Source: Octopus vulgaris
Taxonomy: Eukaryota
DNA length: 64,000 nucleotides
Reading direction: 5' to 3'
Assembly: GCA_951406725.2 (NCBI GenBank)
Contig: OX597828.1
Span: forward strand, 2,480,001 to 2,544,000
Shown here: piece after piece, positions 53,445-64,000 of the stretch
Numbering within the stretch: position 1 is the stretch's first letter
Layout: each line of letters opens with the position of its first letter
Notes under the pieces: generated by a model
Seen by the model: only the letters and a program-made list of their open reading frames with translations
Told to the model about the DNA's origin: nothing
Databases searched by the model: none
Position numbers and translations under genes: made by a program

Positions 53445-55856
53445 AGTAGTATATTTTTTATATCGTACTTTCACTTCACTACCGAGCGCAGCTCTGTGTG
53501 CCTTGGGTATGTGCTGTGATTTGTTGTGATGCTCTGATGGTTATTATATGGAAAGTGTTCTGTGTAGGATGTGTGCAGTGCCTAGTAGTGCAATTTTCTG
53601 TATGTTATATGTGTTTGTAAGTCCTGGTGTTTTTGTTATGTATTTGTCTGAATATTTTTTTATCATGCCTAATGCACCTATTATGATAGGAATTGTTTCT
53701 GTTTTTAGATTCCACATTCTGGTTACCTCTATTTCCAGGTCTTTGTATTTTGAAAGTTTCTCTATTTCTTTTAGAGACACGTTGTCATCCGCTGGTATTG
53801 ATACATCAATTAGAAAACATTTTTTCTTCATGATCTCTGACGACTATATCTGGTCTGTTAGCCTTAATTTCTCTATCTGTGTGTATTGTCATATCCCAGA
53901 GTATGGTTGCTTTCTCGTTTTCTGTGACCTTTTCTAGTGTGTGCCTATACCATCTTTTTTCTGTTGTTATTCCATAATGTTGGCATAGTTTCCAGTGTAT
54001 ATAGGTCCCAACTCTGTCGTGTCTGTGAAAATAATCCTTCTTAGCCAGGACTGGGCAGCCCGAGATAATATGATTTATTGTTTCTTGTCCATCTCCACAT
54101 ATTCTGCAGGTACTTGTTATATTTCTTTTCATTACAGGTTTTTGGTAATTTCTGGTGGGGAGGCTTTGGTCTTGTGCTGCAATTAAAAATCCTTCTGTCT
54201 CTGCTTTGAGTCCTGAGCTTCTCAACCATTGTTGGAATTTTTCTTTGTCTATTTCTTTTGCATTTAGTTTAGTCCAGTATTTGCCATGAAGGGGCTTTTC
54301 TTGCCATCGTTTTATCATGGTTCGTTGCTGTTCTATTCTTAGTTTGGATTTCATTTGTTTTATAGCTTTTGTTTCTTCTTCTTCTTCTTCTTCTTCTTCT
54401 TCTTCTTCTTCTTCTTCTTCTTCTTCTTCTTCTTCTTCTTCTTCTTCTTCTTCTTCTTCTTCTTCTTCTTCTTCTTCTTCTTCTTCTTCTTCTTCTTCTT
54501 CTTCATATTTGTTAGGTGGTATGATTTCTTGTTTGTATTTGTCAACTTCCTTAAATACTGAGAACAGTTTTTTGTTTTGCTCGTGTTTTGCCGCTATTTG
54601 TATCAGTTTTCCTTCCTTCTGAAATAGATATTTTTGCAGTCCTATGGTGGTTATTTTATAATAGTTTTCCAGCTGTATAAGGCCTCTACCACCATCTATA
54701 CGTTGTATATATAGCCTTTCTATGTCATTATTTTTCTTGTTTTCCTATCTATTTTGGTCAGTTCATTTAGTGTCCAGTTAAGGATATTGTAGCTGTAACT
54801 TATAACTGGGACAGCTAAAGTGTTGATACCTATTATCTTGTTTTTAGCATTGAGCTCTGTTTTCAGTATTGATCTAACTCGTCTATAATATTCTTTTTTT
54901 ATCTTCTCTTTCATTTGTGTGTGTTGTGTCTTATCTAGTTCATGGATTCCTAAGTATTTGTAAGTTTGGCTTTGGTCTAATTCTTTTATTTCATTGGTTT
55001 TATCTAGTGTGATGTTGCTACTCCTAACTAGTTTTGCTCTTTTCAGGGTTACTTTGGCGCATTTCTCTAATCCAAATTTCATATCTATTTCTTTGGTAAA
55101 TCCATGAACTGTCTTTAGTAGTGTTTCCAGCTGTTTGTCATTTGTAGCGTATAGTTTTAGGTCATCCATATATAAAAGGTGGCTGATCTTTTTGGCGTAA
55201 CATTTATATCCGCATCCAGTTCTGTTTAGCATATCCGGTAGAGGTGACAGTGCCAAGTAGAAAAGGAGTGGAGAGAGCGTATCTCCCTGGAATATTCCTC
55301 TTCTAATGGGGATGGCTTTGGTTTTCACAAGTCCCTCTTTTGTTTGGAGCTGTAGCACTGTTTGCCATTTATTCATAGAGTGTCCTATGTACTTTATAAT
55401 TGTTGGTGCAACTTTGTTCATGGCTAGTATTTCGAGAATCCATGTGTGAGGGATGCTATCAAACGCCTTTTTGTAGTCGATCCAGGCCATACTGAGGCCT
55501 TTCTTCTTTCTGTGGCTGTCTTCAGTTATGGCTTTATTGATCATTAGTTGATCTTTACAGCCATATGAGCCTTTGCGGCATCCTTTCTGCTCTTCTGGAA
55601 ACAGGTTGTTTTCGTCCAGGTGCTTGTTCAATCTTTGCGATATTACTGCAGTGAATGCTTTGTACATTGTAGGGAGACAGGTTATAGGTCTGTAGTTTTC
55701 TGGTTTTGCTGTCTCATTTGATTTGGGAATTAAGATGGTTTTCCCCTCCGTGAGCCATTCAGACATTGTCTCTGGCTCTGCCAGTATGTTGTTAAAATTT
55801 TCAGCCAGCTTTTTGTGCATTCCTGTTAGATATTTCAACCAGAAGTTGGGGATCTA
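53445..55856 (-). mobile_element. R4/Dong-like RLE LINE, 5'-truncated; 372-aa open RT stretch (54720-55838), CCHC, RLE, 3' UTR
   Basis: NYRPITCLPTMYK..EQKGCRKGSYGCKDQL..WIDYKKAFDSIPH..GIFQGDTLSPLLF..HLLYMDDLKLY; CRICGDGQETINHIISGC; ANRPDIVV..LIDVSIPAD..EKLSKYKDL. Two frameshifts. Confidence 0.95.
54373..54505. repeat. (TTC)n, about 44 units (poly-Glu in the Dong-like ORF frame)
   Basis: Pure trinucleotide tract inside the LINE coding region. Confidence 0.95.
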
Positions 55857-55911
<55 letters not shown>

Positions 55912-55912
<1 letters not shown>

Positions 55913-56581
55913 TGTTTGACTTTTGCTTTATGTCTGTACAAGTTGGCTCCAAGTCTCACCCGGAGACCTCAAGAGACAACAGGTTGGAAGTTCACGTTGT
56001 TGTTATTCCTAGTGTGCCATATATTTGGGGTTTTTTGGTGTTGTACTAGTGAATGTCTGATACATAAATTAAAAAAAAAGTTTGTTTTAAACCTTGGGAT
56101 TACATAGAGAGTATTTTGCGTAGGATATGAGCAGTTCCCATGAGCACTATCTTTTGAATTTCTGCCATTTTGGGATTTCCTGGTATCTGAGTTAGGTAGC
56201 AATCAGCTCCTTTCGCTGTCATTCCCAGGGCACCTATGACAACAGGTATTGTTTAAGTCTTCAGGTTCCACATTTTGCTGATTTCTATTTCAAGATCTTT
56301 ATATTTGCTCAGTTTTTGGTAGGCCTTGACAGATACGTTTATATCGATTGGGACAGTCATATCAATGAGGAGGCATGTTCTTTGTCTGAAGTCTTTCAAT
56401 ATGATGTCTGGCCTATTTGCATCTATCTTTCTGTCAGTTTGAATGGTGAAGTTCCAGAGGAGTGAGATGTGGTCATTTTCAAGCACTGGAGGTGGATTGT
56501 GTTCCCACCAGTTTTTTTCATGGGGCAAATCCATGTTTTTGCAAATTACCCAGTGAATATATTGTGCAGCTCTATCATGCC

Positions 56582-56582
<1 letters not shown>
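55912..56582 (-). mobile_element. Second R4/Dong-like RLE LINE, short 3' fragment of a different subfamily
   Basis: RHDRAAQYIHW..LLWNFTIQTDRKIDANRPDIILKD..LIDMTVP..KLSKYKDLEIEI; (TAA)n on both sides. Confidence 0.9.
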
Positions 56583-56583
<1 letters not shown>

Positions 56584-56639
<56 letters not shown>

Positions 56640-56682
56640 GGTTAGAATAATGTTATTATTATTTTCATTTCTATTGTTGTTA

Positions 56683-56737
<55 letters not shown>

Positions 56738-56758
56738 CATCACCAACAACGCAATTTC

Positions 56759-56813
<55 letters not shown>

Positions 56814-56826
56814 GTTATTATTATTA
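56584..56826. repeat. Interrupted (TTA)n microsatellite
   Basis: Direct inspection; similar tracts at 55858-55911 and 57140-57200. Confidence 0.95.
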
Positions 56827-57147
56827 CTTGTGTATGTATTATTTTTGTCATTTTTTCTACTTAGATAGAAGGTGTCCAGTTTTCTATTGTTAATTGAGAT
56901 GGTGGTAGCAAGGTTATGTGTTAGACTATATCCTATTCTTATTGTTTTGTTATTAATTATCTTCCAATATGTGCTTTTTCTTTTGTAAAGTGTTTGTTAA
57001 TTAATCTAAATATTGTTTTTACTATGTTTAGCGAAAGGGATGATCAACAACGGGGTATCAATTTCATTAATTTTCTTATTAAGGTTTTTTTACATTATGG
57101 GTATTGTTTCTGTTATTATTCCTATTTTTTGTTTTTATATTTATTAC

Positions 57148-57184
<37 letters not shown>

Positions 57185-58621
57185 GTTGTTGTTGTTGTTA
57201 TGGATATTAATATTTTTTATAGGTTGCTTTATCGTATTCCTAATATTTCTATTGTTATATTTACATTTATTTTTGGTAGTGTTACATTCGTCCAAATTTT
57301 GGGGGCTGGATGTAGTTGCTCTATCTTGGCTACTATAGTTAATATTCCTTGGAAGATGTTTAATTTTACCTTTATACCCCACTTTTTTAGTGCTATGTTA
57401 TATTTTACTCGTGTTTATTAAAGATTTTTTCATTAAAGGATAGATTTGAAATGCTTTTACTTATATTTAGTAGTAGGGCATTTTTATTTGTAAGGGATGG
57501 TTACTAGAGGTGTTTATATATATATTAATGTAGAATTTCCTTTAGTATAAGGCTCATGGAGTCCAGTATTTAAGTTACAATTTGCATCTAAATAGTTTAT
57601 AGAATATTTTTCATTTTCTATGGTTATGGATAGGCAAAAACCTATTAAAGAATTTATGTAACCTCTTTTTTAGTAGTTCTAGGCATCTATTTGAAACGTT
57701 CTTAACTAAGAATTGTGCGTCATCTCTATATAGACCTCCGGTTAATTCGGGGAATTCTCTACTTATATTATCCAGGATGTATAGACCTACCAGGTCTGTT
57801 GCTTCCGCCGAGTCCGACGATCCCATCGTGATATCGAAGAGGCTCGGTGTATCTTTTCTCGCCCATAATTTGTTATCAAATTCAATAAGTGTCTTACGGT
57901 CAGTGAATATCACATTTATCTCACTCATACTTAGATTAGTATATCTCCTGGCGAAAATGAGGGCGCTATTAAGGACAACAGGGTTTATAGATGCATAATA
58001 GTTCTGTGTGTCTAATTTAATTTAATTTAATCTAATCGAATCCAGTCTCAGTATCAATTTTTACTTTTATACATATCCATAGTTAACTATGAATTATTTG
58101 TTTATATGTTTTCAGGCATATATAATTTTCATATTGTTTGTTTATGTTATCTGTTAACCATAGCAGCGTCATGGCCTTGCAAATAAATTAGCTGACCAAT
58201 TAGATTACGTGAATGACCACCATCCCCTCCCCATTACCAATAGGGATTCAGAAACTTGTTAACTATAAAATAGCGGAAAAAATAACGGAAGATAATACAG
58301 TATCTTGTTCCCAGAGATTTAATGCATTTACTAATTTAGTAGCAACTGCTATCATAACTATTGATATAAACTTTCACCCCATAATGTGAACAATGATTTC
58401 AGGCCCTCAACTATAAATACATCATATATTTATGTATATGTATATCAATGTGTGTACATTCGTTCATTCATTCATTCATTCATTCATTCATTCATTCATT
58501 CATTATTATGCAAGGACAATACAAACAACTGCAGGAATACACCTTACCTAACGCATGAACTATGTGTGTATATATATATATATATGTACGTATATATATG
58601 TATACACACACACACACATTC

Positions 58622-58763
<142 letters not shown>

Positions 58764-59060
58764 TGATAGATATTATGTATTTGTATGTATATATGTATTT
58801 CTCCTTTTATGTGCATTTTCAGTTCTAAAAAAACTGTCCCCCTCTCAAACTCCATTATTTTCTACGATTATACTGTTATTTCTCTTTTTATGCATTCTCT
58901 AATAAAATTATTGTACTACACCGACTAATAATTAATTCTGTTATAAGTATGTACATGCATATATACATGAATGTGTATATATATATGTATCTATGTATGG
59001 CTGCGTATGTATATGTGTAAATGTATATATATATATATATATATAATAGCATTATTTCTA

Positions 59061-59134
59061 TGGCCGGATACCCGAAGAGATGGCGGTGTGGGTTTCCACC
59101 CCGACATCCGAAACTCGGAGTTTTATCATGGCTA
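59061..59134 (+). ncRNA. Hammerhead family B, third copy, core mutated (CCGAAGA)
   Basis: Nearly identical to 28330-28403; U4C change in the core and a mismatch at the base of stem I. Confidence 0.55.
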
Positions 59135-59146
59135 CCGAATAATCGT

Positions 59147-59192
<46 letters not shown>

Positions 59193-59230
59193 TAAATTAG
59201 ACATATGAACTTCTTGGACTATCTTAAAAA

Positions 59231-59358
59231 ACTCTCTGACGAAGCCCAGAGGCCTACCCAAGTACCCTAATTTTATCTATAGGTTACTACAATACACTGA
59301 AAAGATGGAAATAACATATGGGGTACTGTGACCTCTGGACTGAAACAGCTGTAAGAAA
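59231..59358 (+). ncRNA. Type I hammerhead ribozyme (family A-like) with a domain II of about 100 nt
   Basis: CTGACGA at 59236-59242; stem II AGCCCAGAGG/CCTCTGGACT then AGTACCC/GGGTACT; GAAA at 59342-59345; ACAGCTGT palindrome; GUA at 59351-59353; stem I TCT/AGA. Confidence 0.7.
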
Positions 59359-59643
59359 CTGCTTTTCTTTCTCTATTCTAGAAATTACTAGTACTTTACA
59401 CATGTATTTATATATTATCTGTACTGTTTCAAATATATAAATAAACATAATATAATGTCTAACAGCTATATAAATTAAGGGTAAAACCACTTATTACCCT
59501 CACCTAATTATTATAATCAGCATTGTAATTGCCACGCAATAACCAAAACTTGTGTATTAATATTTGGGTATTCTACCAGCAGTATATTGGATAGATACTA
59601 TCCCTTAGTTGGTTGGATTCACAACCTCTAACTTTCCTTGAAT

Positions 59644-59708
<65 letters not shown>

Positions 59709-59728
59709 TGTGTTTAACATATAATACC

Positions 59729-59963
59729 TATTTATTTCTTTATTACCCACAAGGGGCTAAACACAGAGGGGACAAACAAGGATAGACATAGGTATTAAGT
59801 CGATTACATCGACCCCAGTACGTAACTGGTACTTAATTTATCGACCCCGAAAGGATGAAAGGCAAAGTCGACCTCGGCGGAATTTGAACTCACAACGTAG
59901 TGGCAGACGAAATACCGCTAAGCATTTCGCCCGGCGTGCTAACGTTTCTGCCAGCTCGCCGCC
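59729..59963 (-). mobile_element. SINE family 2, tail A, young
   Basis: Full length; perfect 16-bp TSD TTTAACATATAATACC at 59713-59728 and 59964-59979. Confidence 0.93.
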
Positions 59964-60276
59964 TTTAACATATAATACCATCCGCATATTTTTCAGTCAC
60001 ACTACTTTTTTATTGGCGCATAATTATAACAACTATTTTTATTCCCATAACCATGTTTTAACCCTTAATATTAACATATAATTTTTCCGATTTTTATTCC
60101 ATATATATATACTATTTTGATCGTTATACTGAATCCCATAATTACATTAATACATAATATCACACCCATTGCTAATCCCTATCTTACTTATACTCCATGT
60201 AACTCACCTATGCCCAAATTCTACCTAAACTTTACATCATCCCAAACTATATTATCCATTTAACTTAGTTTTTAGC

Positions 60277-60351
<75 letters not shown>

Positions 60352-60359
60352 TGTGTGTG

Positions 60360-60562
60360 TATATGTTTGTGTGTCTGTGTTTGTCCCCCTCGCATTGCTG
60401 GTGTGTTTACGTCCCCGTCACTTAGCAGTTCGGCAAAAGAGACCGATAGAATAAGTACTGGGCTTACAAAGAATAAGTCCCGGGGTCGATTTGCTCGACT
60501 AAAGGCGGTGCTCCACCATGGCCGCAGTCAAATGACTGAAACAAGTAAAAGAGTAAAAGAGT
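60360..60562 (+). mobile_element. SINE family 1, 3' half, between (AT)n tracts
   Basis: gtgtttgtcccc...cagtcaaatgactgaaacaagtaaaagagtaaaagag. Confidence 0.88.
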
Positions 60563-60567
60563 ATATG

Positions 60568-60658
<91 letters not shown>

Positions 60659-61028
60659 CAAAGTGAAGTTGTAAGGTACCGCACGAGTGGAAATATATAT
60701 ATTTGAAAAAGCAATTTTAAAAGATGTTTATTCACTTGACCGGTTTCACTTTTTTTAGAAAAAGATTGTCAAAAGTAAAATGTAAAAGCTTTGTTGTGTT
60801 AAGTACTGGTTGTCACAAAATATTACAATACATATATACATTCTTTGATAATAATAAGAAAATGTTAAAAACAGTTTACAGGAAAAATCTTGTGAAAATA
60901 TTAAAAAGTTCGTTAAAAATATTAGGATTTAATTAAAATTCATGTTTGTTTGGAAGTATCTATATATATACACAGAACTTTTTGAACTTATAATTTTGTT
61001 ATATGTACAATAATAATAAAGTACGTTA

Positions 61029-61191
61029 CCGTATACATTTTTACTAACCAAGAACGTTATACAGACCTCCTTGACTCAAGTTAGAGAAGGAGTGCGTATT
61101 ATACACAAGGTTTAGGTTTTTCTGAAGTACAGACCCCTAAAAATCCCTTGCGTATTATACTCAAGGGCAGATAATACTCGAGGATTTACGG
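61029..61191. mobile_element. Possible pogo/Tigger-like MITE fragment
   Basis: TA-CCGTA...ATACTCGAGGATTTACGG-TA termini; only 5 bp of TIR match. Confidence 0.4.
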
Positions 61192-61194
61192 TAT

Positions 61195-62240
61195 ACATAT
61201 ACACATATATATATATATTAATAAATAAAACATATGCATATATATATATACATATATGTACGTACCTACCTCTACATGTATATATACACGCATATATGAG
61301 TACAGGACACCAAAAAAACGTCGAACACAATGAGAAACGAAAACATAGACACAAACACAAGGAACTGGACATTTTTCTTAAAAAAAAATATATAAGCAGT
61401 AAAAGACAGGACAAGGAAAATAACAAGACAAGAAGGGCTGTTAACGCCGAACGAAAAAAAGTATTACGAACGCTAATTTCTGTGATCGGCGAACGGAGCA
61501 AAGAAAATTGCCGTCCACACCTCAAGAAGGTCAGGCTAGAAAGACAGTAGCGGAGCTCTCGTCGCGGGTCAACGACGGGAGGGAGGAGGAGGAGCAAGAG
61601 AAAGGGAGAGAAGAAAGGGGAATGGCTGTGAGGAAACCATGAAGAATGAGAGAGAGGGAGAGAGAGAGAATGAAGAATGAGAGAGAGGGAGAGACAGTTA
61701 AGAAGAAGAAAAGGAAATCAAAGAATGAGGGCTGAGAAAGGGATGGGACAGAAAGGTTAAGAGTGCGCATCAAAATTTCGTAATACTTTTTTTCGTTCGG
61801 CGTTAACAGCCCTTCTTGTCTTGTTATTTTCCTTGTCCTGTCTTTTACTGCTTATATTTTGTACTGTCGTTACTGTCCTGGTTTTGTTACCATTTTACCC
61901 CTCTGCAAAAGATCTCAAATTTTATTTGATTTGCTTTTCGCAGGAAGGAAAGTTTCTTATCGAAGATACGTCTCGCCTTCACCTTCGAAATGTAGAGTAG
62001 ATGAAACCATGGCGACTGAAGAAGGGGTTTTTTCCTTGTGTTATTTGTCCTGTACTCTATTTTTTTTTTTAAGAAAAATGTCCAGTTCCTTGTGTTTGTG
62101 TCTATGTTTTCGTTTCTCATTGTGTTCGACGTTTTTTTGGTGTCCTGTACTCATATATGCATGTATATATACATGTAGAGGTAGGTACGTACATATATGT
62201 ATATATATATGCATATGTTTAATTTATTAATATAATATAT
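61195..62240. repeat. About 1-kb nested inverted repeat, probably PLE pseudo-LTR derived
   Basis: 61195-61390 pairs with 62060-62240, and 61388-61470 pairs with 61776-61860, almost perfectly; about 200 extra bp in the right arm. Confidence 0.88.
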
Positions 62241-62278
62241 GACGGAACGCACGCATCCCTTTCTAAGTAAGATTGTTC

Positions 62279-62444
<166 letters not shown>

Positions 62445-62489
62445 GGGCTCTCTCGTCGTTAGACGACGTGCGAGGGTTCGACAATTTCT

Positions 62490-62728
62490 TACCGAACAAT
62501 CACACAGATGATTTGTTTATAGTGATCGAACCTTTGTGTAGACATAAACTCACTCCCTCCATCAAATCGACATTACCTGTACAGGTGCAACTGGGTGCCA
62601 CATATCAGATGTCGAAATAATTGCAGAGCAACGTGAAATGAAGTGCTTTGCTCAAGAACACAACGCAACGCCCGGTGTAGGAATCGAACCCACGATCTCG
62701 CAGCCGTGAGTGCAACACCCTAACTTTT
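62490..62728 (-). mobile_element. tRNA-derived SINE family 3 (CORE/V-like)
   Basis: Minus strand: TTAGGGTGTTGCACTC..GGGTTCGATTCC (B-box)..GTTGTGTTCTTGAGCAAAGCACTT. Confidence 0.75.
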
Positions 62729-62929
62729 AAGTCATACATGCAAACATAGATAGATAGAAACAAACATAGATATATAGATAGACAGACAGACAGATACATA
62801 CATACATACATACATACATACATACATACATACATACATACATACATACATGCATACATACATACATACATACATGCATGCATGCATACATACATACATA
62901 CATGTACATACACAGACTGACACGCATAT

Positions 62930-63325
62930 ATGATCGTGTGATAAGAAGTTTCATTCCGCACCACATGGTACCCGTTCTGTTCCACTATGTACGACGTTAA
63001 GCAAGTGTCTTCTACAATAGCCCCGGGCCGACTAAAGCCTTGTGAGTGAATTTGGAAGACGGAAATTGAAAGAAGCCCGTCGTATTAATACGCGCGCGCG
63101 CATGTCATTGTGCTTGTGTTTGCCCTAGCACCACCTCTCGACAACCGTTGTTGGTCTGTTTACGTACCTGTAACTTTGCGGTTTGGTCAAAGTAAGCGAC
63201 AGAATAAGTACCAGTTTATAACAAAATGAATAAGTTCTGGGTTCGATCCTTTCGATTAGAACCCTTCAAGGTGGTGCCCCAGCATGACCGCAGTCCAATG
63301 ACTGAACCCCGAAAAAGATCAAAGG
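62930..63325 (+). mobile_element. CORE-type SINE family 1, diverged
   Basis: Colinear with 2187-2565. Confidence 0.85.
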
Positions 63326-63827
63326 TAAACACATACCGCACTGCTACTCATACACACAAATAAGTAAATATATAGTAAACATGATGCAAGGGAAGTAACT
63401 ATTTATTTTCTCTCAATTACTATTTATCTGAGTCGCTTAAAAGTTGTCTTACTTAAATTCATCTTGAGAAAGTTGCTTCACGAGACAACAATTTAAGAGA
63501 CAAAACATACGACCAGTCATTTAGTATATGACGAACATTTAACGACACACAAACACATGGAGATGTAGAAATCCAGCTTTGAACCTAGAAACATGACTTT
63601 TTAACGCAGCGAAGTGTCTGAGGTTATTAAGCCATTTGTTAATAGTCAATAGCTATCGTTAATAAAGCTATTGATTACCTTTTGTCAGTGGTTAAATGTC
63701 AATTTAATAGTATTCACGGATCGATATGTAGACATATTTAATATCTTTATGATATATTTATTGGCTGCTTATTAAATACTGTTGATGAACAAAGTGTTTG
63801 AGTCTTAATAGTAAAATATTGATATCA

Positions 63828-64000
63828 AATTTTGGCACAGAGCAGGCAATTTCGGGGAGGGGTAAGTCGATTACATCGACCCCAGTACTCAACTGGTACT
63901 TATTTTATCGACCCCGAAAGTGGACCTCGGGAGAATCTGAACTCAGAACGTGAAGTTAGCTGCTAAGTAATTCGTCCGGCGTGCTAACGTTTCTGCTAGC
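63828..64000 (-). mobile_element. SINE family 2, tail B, runs off the window edge
   Basis: aaattttggcacag...tcgaccccagtactcaactggtacttattttatcgaccccgaaag. Confidence 0.85.

Larger units (their letters stand above)
52960..58010 (-). mobile_element. Divergent Penelope-like element (YRDD type, probably Hydra group), split by two R4/Dong-like LINEs; RT at about 56900-58010, GIY-YIG at about 52960-53330
   Basis: RT: FDITMGSSDSAEATDLVGLYIL..GLYRDD; EN: NCIRKEVVYQC..KVYMGVTKNNMKQRLNQHKYTFRN..STGLSDHIWEL..WKIL. Group name is from recollection. Confidence 0.85.

Noticed and set aside
54317-54622. Poly-Ser, poly-Phe and poly-Lys ORFs; also poly-Leu/Ile/Tyr ORFs at 56462-57421
   Set aside because: Alternative frames of (TTC)n and (TTA)n repeats.
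54720-55838. 372-aa RT ORF as an active or domesticated gene
   Set aside because: 5'-truncated, with frameshifts downstream of RT and within the RLE; an ordinary dead LINE copy.

Overview
AT-rich, microsatellite-dense eukaryotic DNA, almost certainly non-genic (intergenic or intronic). The SINE and LINE content resembles octopus (coleoid cephalopod) repeats; this assignment is from recollection, not from a search. I found no host gene, RNA gene or CRISPR array. All recognisable ORFs are decayed transposable elements: at least 3 large L1/Tx1-like LINE copies plus ORF1 fragments, 4 R4/Dong-like RLE LINEs in (TAA)n tracts, a Hero-like RLE LINE, Penelope-like elements (PLEs) of two types, mariner and pogo remnants, hAT-type MITEs, a complete non-autonomous Helitron, and about 25 tRNA-derived SINE copies of three families. 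The most interesting layer is RNA structure: several type I hammerhead ribozyme folds, two of them arranged as back-to-back pairs on opposite strands of long palindromes and some with unusually long stem II insertions. Also notable are a SINE whose tail matches the 3' end of the Tx1 LINE in the same window, a recurrent GGTA junction in that SINE, and a microsatellite expanded in only one copy of a target-site duplication (TSD).
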